This document shows, in pieces, positions 1 to 12,225 of a DNA stretch of 64,000 nt. The stretch is from Eledone cirrhosa (Eukaryota): positions 37,634,001-37,698,000 of the forward strand of contig OZ024741.1 in the NCBI GenBank assembly GCA_964016885.1, written 5' to 3'. Under the pieces are notes generated by a model that was not told the DNA's origin, ran no database searches, and saw only the letters and a list, made by a program, of their open reading frames with translations. How positions within the stretch are numbered: position 1 is the first letter of the stretch; the number at the start of each line of letters is the position of its first letter. Made by a program: the position numbers and the translations under genes.

Positions 1-39
1 TCTGAGTCACATTATGGTCACAAAAATCTCTCTCATGCT

Positions 40-144
40 GATGCCACAAACAATGCACCCAGCACACTCTGTGAAATGCTTAATGTTAGGAAGGGCATCA
101 AGCTGTAGAAATAGTGCCAGAAATGGATGTTAAATGATGATGAT
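40..144 (+). mobile_element. Degenerate RTE 3'-UTR fragment ending in (GAT)n
   Basis: GCACCCAGCACACTCTGT...GTTAGGAAGGGCATC..GCTGTAGAAA...GTTAAATGATGATGAT matches the 3' ends of the RTE copies elsewhere in the window. Confidence 0.6.
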
Positions 145-155
145 AATATATATAT

Positions 156-473
156 GGAGGCACTCGGTCGGTTACAATGACAAGTGTTCCAGTTGAACAA
201 TGAACAAAAATGCCTGTTTGTAAAATTAACATGAGTGGCTGAGCATTCCATAGACACACATACGCTTAATGTAGTTCTCAAGGAGATTCAGCTTGACACA
301 GAATATGACAAGATTGGCCCTCCGAATTACAGGTATTACTCATTTTTGTCAGCTGATTGGACTGGAGCAACATGAAATAAAGTGTCTTGCTCAAGGAGAC
401 AACATGTCGCCAGGAATTAAACTCATGGCATTATGATTGTAAACCGAATACTTTACCACAAAGCCACGTGCCT
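156..473 (-). mobile_element. tRNA-derived SINE, family A (CORE-like central box)
   Basis: Minus strand begins AGGCACGTGGCTTTGTGGTAAAG (box A-like), then a degenerate box B (GAGTTTAATTCC) and CCTTGAGCAAGACACTTTATTTC; homologous to 12108-12225 and 59477-59745. Confidence 0.8.
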
Positions 474-477
474 GTTA

Positions 478-812
478 CCTCTGGTGTCATGCAGTAATAC
501 AGAAGACTCGACCCCCCGAAGCTGAAGCATACAGACAATATGCCCCCACCCCCTCCCACGGCAAAGTGGAGGTGCCACGGCAAAAGAGCACCCAGCCCTC
601 ACTGTAAAGTGGCCGTGGAGGCGCCATGGAAAAAAAGCACCCACCACTCACTGTAAATGAGGTTGGTGTTAGGAAGGGCATCCAGCTGTAGAAATCAAGC
701 CAAAATCAGTTCCCATATGAACAAGACAAGGTCAACCGACCGGACACTGACCACAACAGGGCAACCCATCTGTGGAAGAACGGACGTAAAATGGTGATGA
801 TCATGATGATCA

Positions 813-814
<2 letters not shown>
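478..814 (+). mobile_element. RTE LINE 3' end (last codons, 3' UTR, (GAT)n tail)
   Basis: Highly similar to 36775-37120 and 46815-47168; tail runs into (TA)n. Confidence 0.85.
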
Positions 815-857
<43 letters not shown>

Positions 858-1040
858 CACGTTTGTGTATATATATATGTATGTATGTGTGTGTATGTAA
901 GTTTGCATATATGTATGTACATATGGATGGGTTGTTTAAATCATTACATACCTTACCTTCCTGTGTTATGATCCTCTTACTGCTACTCCCTATACAGTAT
1001 TTTGTATTTGTGATTAGAAGCTAAACCATCTTATATTATT

Positions 1041-1099
1041 TTCTCTATCTTTCTTTCTCTCACTTTCTTGCTCTCTCTCTCTCTCTGTCTCTCTCTCTG

Positions 1100-1173
<74 letters not shown>

Positions 1174-1284
1174 GGGAAAAGTGGATGTAAAATGATGATG
1201 ATGATGGTGATGATGATTATATATATATATATATATATATATTATGTATAGAATAAGAAAATGTGAAGTAGTTTCATATATATG

Positions 1285-1324
<40 letters not shown>

Positions 1325-1380
1325 GTATATATAATATACACACACATACATACACACACACATACACACATACATGTATT
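1041..1380. repeat. Compound microsatellite (CT)n/(TA)n/(GAT)n/(CA)n
   Basis: Read directly from sequence. Confidence 0.95.
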
Positions 1381-1621
1381 TATATTTCTTCAATTTTGTT
1401 ATTGGCAGTAAAAAGTAGATATTAACAAACATCTTTTCTTCATGAATATTATTATCTCCTAAAAAAATGTTTCTACTGCTCTTTAAAATCTCTTGGGTAT
1501 ACCACAACTGGAGCAGTAATGGACTTCTGGGGTTTTACTCCAATGAACAGTTGTAATAGATTTTTTAAAATTTTCATTATCAATTATTTCAAATACTAAT
1601 ATTTAAAAAAGAAAGAAAACC

Positions 1622-1667
<46 letters not shown>

Positions 1668-2005
1668 GCCCTAGGTGTCAGGAAGACAGTCAGCATATAT
1701 CTCAGAAACAATAATGAAAGAAAATAAAAATGACAATAATAATAGTAATAATGGTAATAAAAATAATGATGATGATGAATGACTGCTTTTACCTATCATT
1801 TTAGCGTGTAAGTGTAAAAGGAAAATTTATTTATAAATAATGAAAACAAATTTTTTCTGAAATATATTTTTTCAGTTAACTGATGTATTAAATCCCATTT
1901 TTCTTCACTCTCTCTCTTTCTGCATATATATATATATATATCATCTTCCGTATTCCCAATCTTTGCTCCCAAATACAGGAAGCCCTCAACCAATTCTAGC
2001 GGCTT

Positions 2006-2111
2006 CCCGCCTACATTAGTGATCCCCTACATTAGTGATCCCCTACATTAGTGATCCCCTACATTAGTGATCCGCCTACATTAGTGATTCCCGCCTACAT
2101 TAGTGATCCCC
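2006..2111 (+). repeat. 16-bp minisatellite (CCCCTACATTAGTGAT), about 6 copies
   Basis: CCTACATTAGTGAT recurs six times with small length variants, directly 5' of a truncated LINE. Confidence 0.9.
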
Positions 2112-2603
2112 TCTGCCACAGCTTGAGATCGGTGTGGAAGTCGGACCTTCGTAGAGACCTGAAAATCCGCCTCTTCATTGCTGTAGTGGAGTCTGTGCTG
2201 CTGTATGGGTCTGAGACTTGGACACTGACCAAGAAACTCACTCAGATGGTGGATGGGTGCTACACGAGAATGTTTAGGATGGCTCTGAACATTAATCAGT
2301 ATACACTGAGGATGAAAAACTCAGAGCTGTATGGGAGCATCCCAAAAGTCAGCTCAAAAGTGACACAGAGGAGACTGAGGTTAGCTGGACATGCTCACCG
2401 ACATCCAGAGTTGACATTGCACTCAGTGCTCCTTTGGGAGCCCCTACATGGACACACTAGAAGAGGAAGACCAAGGTTAACGTATGTTGATGCCCTAAGG
2501 ACAGACATTGGTCTGTTGGAGACGCAGGACATGGCAGCGATAATGAGGGACAGAGACCGCTGGAGAGAACTCGTACATGGATCTCGGGAATTTTACCCTC
2601 CTT

Positions 2604-2605
<2 letters not shown>
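2112..2605 (+). mobile_element. 5'-truncated RTE-clade LINE (second family), intact C-terminal ORF fragment
   Basis: Translation KIRLF..VESVLLYGSETW..DGCYTRM..RRLRLAGH..RRGRP..DRDRW has the post-RT C-terminal motifs of RTE elements; the stop is followed immediately by (TA)n. Confidence 0.85.
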
Positions 2606-2646
<41 letters not shown>

Positions 2647-2652
2647 TCCCCC

Positions 2653-2741
<89 letters not shown>

Positions 2742-2759
2742 CATATATATAAATATATG

Positions 2760-2828
<69 letters not shown>

Positions 2829-2833
2829 GGGGA

Positions 2834-2875
<42 letters not shown>
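2606..2875. repeat. Palindromic microsatellite block: (TA)n-AAACCTCCCCC(CT)n-(TA)n-(AG)nGGGGGAGGTTT-(TA)n
   Basis: 2642-2670 and 2807-2838 are near-perfect reverse complements. Confidence 0.85.
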
Positions 2876-2881
<6 letters not shown>

Positions 2882-3799
2882 GGTGATGAAATGTTTTATT
2901 TTACACTTTGAATCGTTATATTGATTTGTTCACTTAAATATTCCTGGAATTAAACTTGGTTTCAATGGAATGGAGTTTTGTACAAACCATGTGTACATAT
3001 ATATATATACACACACACACACACATATATATGTGTATGTGTGTGAAGTGTTTTACCCATTATATATACATATATACAAACATATGATATTGTATTATTT
3101 TCTAGGTTTGGCTTATGGTGTAGTTTATACTAGCTAACATCTACTTTGCTTCACTGCATCACATCATTTTGCTCTTCTCTCTATGCTGGCAATCTTCCAT
3201 TTTTTATTTATATTTTTTTAAAGTTAACCACTCAGATTTATGCTGGGCTAAACTGAAGAAATGCATCAGTCAATTCTGTTGTTTATACTGCCCTTCCCCT
3301 CCCCACCACATCTTCCTTCCGTTTCCAGTTGGCTCCACTCATGCTAGCCAGTGCTTCTACTTCCCATCCATCTATCCCTGTTTTTCCAGCCAACCAGCAA
3401 CCCAGCCAGCCAGCTAGCCTTAGCTGCATTTCATAGGCCACAGAACTAACACTGTGTGTGTGTGAATGTAGGCTGATTTAGCACTGCCACTCATGCAGAA
3501 AGTTAGATTCTGGTTGAGTGACTGGTGAGCAGAACTAGTCTAGGACAGTTAGTGACACTTTGATAGGCTGTCTTTTAAACCATGTGCCTTCCTTTCCTTT
3601 TTCTTTCCTGTGTCTACTTCTTTAGTTTTCTTAGACACATTACAGAAAAATGACCCCTCATATATATATAAGCTTTTCTTGGGAATTAAATTTTGGAAGA
3701 ACGTAAGGGTTTTTTTTTTTTGCACAACTACCAGTAATGATGTTGAAGCAAACATGAATATAATTGTGACTGTGTGAATAACCCTGATGCCAAATAGAA

Positions 3800-5500
3800 T
3801 TGTTACCATATTTCTAATGAAAGATACAGCATATAGTTTTCACTTTTGAAAATAATCAATAATTTGGAGGAATTTAATAAAATAACTTTTTTTTTGTTTA
3901 TCTGGTGTAATTTAACAAATTTTCTTACATAAAATTATAAAGGAAGGCTTTTAGATAAATATAAAACCTTTTAACCCTTTTGTTACCATATTTCTATTGA
4001 AAGACAGCCTATAATTTTCAAATAATTTTTCAAATAACCTTATTTGGTATTTGGGGCATAACCTAACAAAGTACTTACATAAAATTATGATAGCAGGTTT
4101 TTTTTTTAGATAAATATAATCAATTTTGTATTATAGAAATAGGGGCAGTTCTTCGCTGTTTGGTATCAAGAGGTTTTATCACTAAGCAGCATTTGATATT
4201 CCATGTTTATTTATTTTCAAAACTAATTTTTATGTTTATTATTACAAATAGGGTAGTTGATTGGCAGAATCGTTGGAGTATTGTAGAAATGCTTTACAGC
4301 TTATAGTTATGGATTTTTAAATTCTGAGTTCAAATCCTGCTGAAGTCAATATAGCTTTTCCATCCTTCTAGAATCGATAAAATGAAGTACCCTAGTCAAG
4401 TACCCAGTTTCATAGAAACCATTATTACAAGTAGGAGAAAAAGAGAGAGAAAGAGGAAGATATACAAATGGAGAGAGAGATAGGAAGACAAACAAATAGA
4501 AGAAAGAGCAAAACACAGAGAGAGTGAGAGAGAGAGAGAGTAGGCAAGAAAGAATAAGAATAGTTCTTTAATTTCAAGTAGCTGTGAGTATATTACAGTT
4601 TTGGAGGACATCCAGAACTGTTGGTGATGGGTTATTGTAGTTAAACACTTGCAGAATATTTATAGAAACATTTAAATTTACATGTCTATAAATTGTCTCT
4701 TTTTTCAACCTATTTAAATCTACAATTAACTGTACTATCAATGTTTATCTATAACCTTTGTTTAACCCTTTTGATACCAAGCTACCTGACACTCCTTGTT
4801 TTTATGGTACTAAGCTAATCTTAATCATAATTTTATCTAACAATTTTGTGAAAGTATTTCAAACACAGAGTCAATAATGACAACGTTAGTTATTTTATTA
4901 AATCTTTTCAAATTCTTGATTATTTTAAACATTATTTGAAAATCATAAGCAGTGGTTAAACCTCCTATAACCATATTTCTATAAAAATAAACTATACATA
5001 CATTTCTGTAAATTTTGAAAATATAAAAAATTTGGAAGGATTTAGAAAAATATGCAAGCGTGGAACACGGACGCTAAAAATATTTTCATTATTAAGCTGG
5101 GTTTTTGTTAGATATATCAGCAAAAGTGTTTACATAAAAACTATGATGGCAGATTTTAATTTATATATATGCATTTTAAAATGAGATATCTTTATATCAG
5201 AACCAGGAACAGTGTTGGGTGATATAGTATAAAAAAGATTACAGCATTATTTCATTCCTTTCACTTAAATACATATAGTACTTTTTTCTTTCTGTTAAAT
5301 ACATTTTGTTTATTGCAACTATGTGCATGTTTTTAATGAAATATGTGATCATATTTCTAATGAAATACAAAATATTTGAATTAATTAATGAAGAATTTGG
5401 GAGGATTTACTAATATTATTAATAATTTTATTATTTAGATGGTATTTGTAACATACATAACTTAAAGGGAACTTATGTCAAATTATGCTGAAAGATATTA
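3800..5500. mobile_element. Cluster of AT-rich MITEs with TTAA-CCCTTT termini (piggyBac-like non-autonomous), several copies in both orientations
   Basis: TTAACCCTTTTGTTACCATATTTCT...GGTATCAA.AGG.TT at 3972-4177; reverse copy TTAACCCTTTTGATACC at ~4762; further partial copies ~3800, ~4955 and ~5350. Confidence 0.65.
4253..4425 (+). mobile_element. tRNA-derived SINE, family B (Nin/Deu-domain-like)
   Basis: TTGGCAGAATCGTT...TTCTGAGTTCAAATCC..GAAGTCAA..GCTTTTCCATCCTTC..GATAAAATGAAGTACC, the pattern shared by many copies in the window. Confidence 0.7.
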
Positions 5501-5855
5501 ACATACTGTACCGCATGAACCCGTATTGGCAGGACGTCTTGAAAAGTACAAACAACACTATAACTACATTATATTAAATATTAAAGTCTTTACTCTAATA
5601 CTGCAAATTTTCTCAATGATCTTTCCAGTAATAAATATTCTATAAACATTTGAATTAAATTCATTTTTAGATATTTTCTGCTAAACCATTAAAGGAACCC
5701 TTTAAAATTGATGGTTTTCTTTTAAAGCACCAGGGTTAGTTTTTGGCAGTTTGATATCAAAACATTAAAGTAATGTCATATTGTACAATTTCATTCATCA
5801 AAACAATACATTTTGGAGTACATATGGGTAGCAGCATTACTCTTTTAAATTTTAC

Positions 5856-6523
5856 ACCAAACTCTGGGAGGGCTCTGTAGAAACAGTAGACAGCTTCTGC
5901 TACCTAGGTGACTGAATTAGCAGCAGAGGTAGGTGTTCTGAAAGTACAATAACCAGAGTAAGAACGGGATGGAAGAAGTTCAGGGAGCTACTGCCACTGC
6001 TAGCTGCAAAAGGCTTTTCCCACAAAATGAAAGGCAGACTGTATGATGCGTGCATACGAACAGCAATGTTACCTGGTAGTGAGACCTGGGCGTTGTGTGT
6101 AGAAGACTTGTGTAGATTAGAAAGAAATGAAGCTTGCATGATCCAATGTATGTGTAATAGTAATATACGCGAACGGCAAAGCATAAATGAATTGAGGGAG
6201 AGACTGAGCATAAGAGGAATCAAATGCTGTGTGCAGGAGAGGAGATTGCGTTGGTATGGACATGTGATGATGAAGGATGACAGCTGCATAAAAAGGTGCA
6301 GGGCACTGAAAGTCAATGGAAGCCATGGAGTGGGGAGACCCAAGAAGACCTGGGATGAGGGGATAAAAGCGGACATTGCCCAATTGCATCTCTCAAAGGC
6401 AATGACACAGTTCCCGTATGAGCAAGACAAGGTCACCTGACCTAACACTGCCCACAACAAGAAAACCTGTCTAACCCATGCTAGAGTGGAAGAATGGACG
6501 TAAAACGGTGATGATGATGATGA
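5856..6523 (+). mobile_element. RTE LINE 3' fragment with an internal 3'-UTR deletion
   Basis: Near-identical to 10865-11150 and 36331-36760 ([26 protein letters not shown]); jumps directly to the terminal UTR; (GAT)n tail. Confidence 0.9.
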
Positions 6524-6629
6524 TTTTGATTAATGATTCTAATATTTCTCTATCACTTGAAATTAGCACACATGCTTGTGTGCATGTTTGCATGCACACA
6601 CATACACATGTGTGCATGTGCACACACAC

Positions 6630-6815
6630 ACGTTATTTAATTCAATTGGGATTTCCATTGCTGATATTATCTACTGGCTGCAACTTCTGGCAGAAAGAGC
6701 AATGTGAAAAAAAAGTGTCTTGCTCAAGGAGATAATGCATTGCCTTGTCTGGGAATTGAACTCACAACCTCATACTTACAAATCCAATTCTCTAACCACT
6801 TAACTAGACACCTTC
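6630..6815 (-). mobile_element. tRNA-derived SINE, family A
   Basis: Minus strand: GGTGTCTAGTTAAGTGGTTAGAGAATTGGATT..GAGTTCAATTCC..CCTTGAGCAAGACAC. Confidence 0.75.
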
Positions 6816-7693
6816 ACTAGGAGTAAACCATAAAATTTGAACATTCTCTGGTAGTATTAATACTGCTTGGCACCACTGGAGGGAGTGATACTATTGGAAG
6901 GTTCTAGAATTTTAGAGCTCTCCAGTTAACTGATGATGAAAGAAATGTGCTGCAGTGAAAGCTGTATGTAGAATATTGGTGGTCATTGTCAAAATTACTA
7001 AATGATGTTTGTACTGTTTGTAGAGAAAAATGTTATTCTGCTAGGCCATCTAATTGTCAAACCTAATCAGTGTTCATGGATCAATATTTCTTTTTTCATT
7101 TGTAATGTAATGCAATATCCTTTACTGATCTATTTTATCTCCTTTTTACTTCACATCCATTCTGTGTTAATGTGAGAAGATATTTTTCACCATAAGATGA
7201 CGTTACTTAATGTATATATATATATTATGTATATATTCTGTCTTCCACATGTCAGCAGAGAAAATTGGATGTTAAACAAATGGTAGTGGTAGTGGTGATA
7301 ATGGTTGTCTTAGTGTTATGGTATTAGTGGTGGCAATGATGACGATGATGATGTATTTGCTTTAATCCTGAATACATTTTTTCAAGCTTTTATCAATGAA
7401 TTATATATATATACATAATATATATACATATATAAATTAGCGAGAATCGTATTTCAGCTTTGGAATTAGCGAAAAACAACTTCTGAGATGTGTGGCAAGC
7501 GCTCAATAATTGTGATGAACCAGAGCTACAACATACGTTAAAGGCCAAACACACTGAGACGATGGTTAAACCATCATCTGCACAACCATAGAAACGACCA
7601 AGTAATTTGGGTCAAACAAATAAAAAACTATGTGATTGAAAATATATATATTTATTTTGGCCGCGGATGGTTAACATAACCCCATAAAGTAAT

Positions 7694-7978
7694 GTTAGTA
7701 CCACAACATCCAGTCCGAAATAAATGAGGTGGTGTAGGTGTCACGAAAACAAAAACACACAGTCCACGCTGTAATGTGACAATGTAGGTAACACGGTAAA
7801 AACCTCCCAGTCCACACTGTAAACGTGGTTGGTGTTAGGAAGGGCATCCAGCCGTAGAAAACCCGCCAGACAGTCCTATACGAGCAAGACAACCAATCTT
7901 GCCTCAAGTGGGAAAACTCCCGTCCAAACCCATGCAAGCGGGGAAGATGGACGTTAAACGATGATGATGATGATGATG

Positions 7979-7980
<2 letters not shown>
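7694..7980 (+). mobile_element. RTE 3' UTR (subfamily 2) with (GAT)n tail
   Basis: Homologous to 13195-13497 and to 37647-37840 (reverse). Confidence 0.85.
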
Positions 7981-8039
<59 letters not shown>

Positions 8040-8249
8040 TATATATATGGTATCTTAGCTCTTATGACGCTATTATTATTAATATTATTGCTGTTTCTGC
8101 TGTATTATTTCGGCTATTTGCCACGCGGTATTCTACTCTATCGGTCATTTAAGTTTGTTAGCCTTGACGGCGACCCTCAGTGCCTACCTCACAATTTCCC
8201 TCACACCACCATAGCCTATTCGACCAATCAAACCTCAGCCATTTCTACT

Positions 8250-8259
8250 GCTGCTACTG

Positions 8260-8305
<46 letters not shown>
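8250..8305. repeat. (CTA)n microsatellite in the putative LINE 5' UTR
   Basis: Read directly from sequence. Confidence 0.9.
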
Positions 8306-8535
8306 CTACCTAACTCTCTCCTCCCCTGTCGCAGCCCAACACACCCTGCCATTATCCCACCACCACTGTTCTTCTAGCCCTCAATTTTCCCACCGTTACG
8401 GATGGATGAGCTGAGAATAAATTTGAGCAACTCTGAATCAACAGATGAAATATGAATCTGCGAGCTACCAAGCACCCATGTGAAGCGCCAACCCAGAGAC
8501 CCTTCCCTACGAGTGTCGACAAATGCCCAAAACTC

Positions 8536-11154
8536 CGAGTTGGTACCATCAATGTAAGCACAATGAAAGGAAGAGCAGGAGAAATCGTAGAAATGCTAGA
8601 GCGAAAGGAAGTTGATGTATGCTGTGTGCAAGAGACTAGATGGAGAGGAGAGTCTGCCAGAGTCCTGGTAGGAAAAAGTCGGTGCTACAAATTTTTCTGG
8701 GTGGGAAATGACGATGGGATGGGTGGTGTAGGTATACTACTAGCTGACAAGTGGGTAGATAAAGTAATCTCAGTGTACAGGGTAAATGCAAGAATCATTA
8801 AACTCAGACTAGTCCTGAATAAGAGTCCCTAATGCACACTACTGCTCTAACAGACGACAATGACTTCCTAATCATCGCAGGAGATTTTAACGGACACGTA
8901 GGTAAACACTGCGACGGCTTCAATAGAGTACATGGAGGCCATGGGGTTGGCACAAGAAATGAGGAAGGATTCAGACTTCTAGAATTCTGCGAAGCCAATG
9001 ACATGTCGATATGTAACACAAACTTTAAAAAACCCGACAACCACCTGATCACCTATAGATCAGGGGAGCACTCCAGTCAGATAGATTTTATCCTCATCAG
9101 AGGACGTGACAGATGGACGGTCGTAAACACAAAAGCCTTCCCTAGTGAGGAATGTACATCCCAACATAGCTTAGTTGTCAGCGACCACATGGTCAGAACT
9201 AGACGAACCTGGAAACAGAGGCCAATCTGGAAGCTGAAAGCCCCCTCAACCAGTAACAGATTTAAAGATATTTTACTCAACGCCTACGGCAGTAAAGAAG
9301 AACAGATAGAGACATTTAATGTAGAAGAGAACTGGGAGTTCCTAAAAAATAATTTACTAGAGGCGACGGATGAGGCCTGTGGCTGGAGTAAGACCTCAAG
9401 CAGGAGGAGAGTGACTTGGTGGTGGAACAATAAGGTAGATGAAGCAGTTAAGGCCAAGAGACAGGCATGGAAAGAATGGAAGAACGGGGGGAGCAGGGTA
9501 AATTACATAGAGACCAAGAGGGAAGCTAGGCGACAAGTATACTTAGCTAGGAGGGAAGCAGAGGATAGAAAATTCAAGCATGTTTTGCAACGTGAGGACC
9601 AGAAACAGGAGGTATTCAAGATTGCGAGGCAGTGTGTCAGAGATAGTTGTGATGTCATTGGAGAGAAGTGTATCCGGAATGATAAAGGTGAGCTTGCCCT
9701 CACAAGTGCTGAGAAGAAAGATGCATGGAAGAGTCATTATGATAGATTACTAAATGAGGAGAATGCATGGGAAGAAGAGACCCTACCCCAAGTAGACCCT
9801 ATAGAGGGGCCAGCAGTACAAGTCAGTAGCAATGTAGTAAGTAAGGCAATCAAAGATATGAAGATGGGGAAGGCAACCGGTCCATCGGGTATAGCTGCCG
9901 AGATGCTGAAGGCATCTGGGTCTGTAGGTCACACTATAACCACACGTATTGTTAACCAGGTAATACTAGAAGGTGTCATACCAAAAGATTGGTGCAGTAG
10001 CATCATTGTCAACTGCTACAAAGGTAAAGGCGATGCACTAGATAGAGGAAACTATAGAGGTATGAAGTTGATGGACCAGGTCATGAAAGTAACAGAAATA
10101 GTTATAGCACAGTTGATTAGGGACCGGGTGAAAATAGACGAGATGCAATTTGGGTTTGTACCAGGAAGAGGCACCACTGATGCCCTCTTCCTTGTGAGGC
10201 AGTTACAGGAAAAGTACCTAGCTAAAAGTAAGCCACTCTACTTGGCATTTGTCGACCTTGAGAAAGCCTTTGACAGAGTTCCACGTGCTGTAATCTGGTG
10301 GGTTCTTAGAAAACTAGGAGTAGATGAATGGCTTGTGAAAGCGGTACAAGCCATGTATAGGGGAGCAGTCAGCAAAGTTAGGATTAGCAATGAGTATAGT
10401 GAGGAATTTAGCGTACAGGTTGGGGTCCACCAGGGCTCTGTTCTTAGCCCCCTCCTGTTCATCATAGTCCTGCAGGCAATAACGGAGGAGTTTAAGACCG
10501 GATGCCCATGGGAACTCCTGTATGCTGATGACCTCGCACTCATAGCTGAATCTATGGTAGAACTAGAGAATAAATTCCAAACTTGGAAGCAGGGACTAGA
10601 AAGAAAGGGTCTCAAAGTCAACATGACAAAGACTAAGGTCCTTGTAAGTAGATGAGAAAACAGAACCCAGATCCCCTCAGGGAAATGGCCTTGTTCAGTA
10701 TGTAGGAAAGGTGTAGGTAGGAACTCCATTCTCTGCCCCAAATGCAAACAATGGGTACACAAGAGATGTAGCGGGATCTCAGAAAGCTTAATTAAGAATG
10801 TAGGCTTCACATGCAGCAGCTGTGCTGAGACAGCAAGCAGCAGACAGCCACAGGAAACAAGTACCACCAATCTCTGGGAGGGCTCTGTAGAAACAGTAGA
10901 CAGCTTCTGCTACCTAGGTGACCAAATTAGCAGCGGAGGTGGGTGTTCAGAAAGTACAACAACTAGGGTAAGAACGGGATGGAAGAAGTTTAGGGAACTA
11001 CTACCACTGCTAGCTGCAAAAGGCTTCTCCCTCAGAATGAAAGGCAGACTTATGATGCGTGTATCCGAACAGCAATGTTGCATGGTAGTGAGACCTGGGC
11101 GCTGAAGGTGGAAGACTTACGTAGATTAGAGAGAAACGAAGCCTGCATGCTCCG
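8536..11154 (+). pseudogene. RTE ORF (EN-RT) broken by a deletion/frameshift near 8830, a stop at 10653 and a frameshift near 11050
   Basis: ORF track 8452..8832 and 8832..10655 plus recognisable continuation after the stop. Confidence 0.9.
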
Positions 11155-11932
11155 GGTCTTTCGGGTGGTATGGCAGGGCGCTGAGTCTTGCTGCCACATG
11201 TATGGCCTACCTGCAGCTACCTGGTCGATCCAGGGCTTTACTACCTCGCCCAGAACGCGGATGTAGCCATCGGTGTTTAGCTTGAGGCCCTCAGGGAAGA
11301 AGTGAGGTGGCATCACGCCACTTTGACTGCTGACGACACCTAAGACCAATGTTGTCGCTGGAAACTTTGTCTTCATGACTCTGGGCACGTCTTTGGATGA
11401 AACAGCAAGCCACCTGTTGTTCTGGGAGTTGACCTTCTGGTCTTGGCAGAAGTTTTTCTCGTCGGAGAAAAACCACAGCATGTCTGGCTCCAGTGGGTGT
11501 TTCAACTTGTTGATCAGCTTCTTTGAGTGCTTCAGTCGCTTTTCTTGCATCGCCTTTAACAAAAATTGTCCTTTCCTCATCTTTTATGAAACGTAGCGAA
11601 TGTCTTCATATACCTCCAGCCTAATGAGCTTTTCATCCACGCCTTTCTCCCTTGCAATGGCACACATCGACTTGTTAGGTTTATTGTTGATGATATCCTG
11701 AACTTCAGCAACGAACTCGGGCGTTCTGAAGGCGTCAGATCGTCGATCATGTGTTTTCCTCTCTGATGTTGCTTCATAGTCGAATCCTGAATCTTCCAAT
11801 TCCTTTCTGACCTTTTCCACCATTCTCCTGCTGACGCTGAGAAAGTCTGAAATTTCCTTATTTGTCCTCCCGGCGCGGAGTCCAAGAAGAACTGTGTCTC
11901 TTCCACAAATTTGGAGGTTCAAAATTATTCAT
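11155..11932 (-). pseudogene. Transposase pseudogene (ATG at 11932, frameshift ~11895, stop at 11584, truncated)
   Basis: MNNFEPPNLWKRH / TVLLGLRAGRTNKEISDFL (HTH-like) ... RYVS*KMRKGQFL ... DSAPCHTTRKT. Confidence 0.85.
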
Positions 11933-12065
11933 AATCAATTATTCTGAAAATAAATAATGGAAATATAGTCACTGTCTTTATGAAGACAAGAGTGACAACG
12001 GAAGTAAAAAAAATTTGCATAAAATTAGCAGTTGAAAATTGCGAACAAATATCGTCCGCACCCTG
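11155..12065 (-). mobile_element. Tc1/mariner-superfamily DNA transposon (maT/DD37D-like), 3' part missing
   Basis: Minus strand begins TA|CAGGGTGCGGACG (TA target, CAGGGTG terminus). Transposase motifs FFSDEKNF..NSQNNR..KFPA..VMPPHFF..QQDSAPCH. The third catalytic residue and the other TIR are absent. Confidence 0.9.
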
Positions 12066-12107
12066 TACTATATATATATACATACATATATATATATACA
12101 TATAGTG

Positions 12108-12225
12108 AAGGCGTGTGGCTGAGTGGTTAGAGAATTGGATTCGCAATCGTAAGGTTGTGAGTTCGATTCCTGGACCAGGCGATGTGTTATGTCCTTGAGC
12201 AAGACACTTTATTTCACGTTGCTCC
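12108..12225 (+). mobile_element. tRNA-derived SINE, family A, 3'-truncated
   Basis: GGCGTGTGGCTGAGTGGTTAGAG (box A), GAGTTCGATTCC (box B), TGTCCTTGAGCAAGACACTT. Confidence 0.85.

Larger units (their letters stand above)
8165..11154 (+). mobile_element. Near-full-length RTE-clade LINE (APE endonuclease, RT, PHD-like Cys cluster), disrupted and 3'-truncated
   Basis: APE motifs GTINV/VQETRW/AGDFNGH/SQIDF/SQH; RT motifs QFGF, FVDLEKAFDRV, GVHQGSVLSP, LLYADD; then CSVC..CPKC..HKRC..CSSC. The 5' boundary is approximate. Confidence 0.95.

Noticed and set aside
6928-6970. CTGATGA...GAAAG hammerhead-like motif
   Set aside because: No stem II or stem I pairing could be drawn.
11050-11580. Intact or domesticated transposase gene
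   Set aside because: Upstream stop and frameshift, missing third catalytic residue, and a C-terminus that is antisense RTE sequence.
12108-12180. tRNA gene
   Set aside because: Box A and box B are present, but the sequence runs into a SINE body and has diverged paralogues; it is a SINE head.
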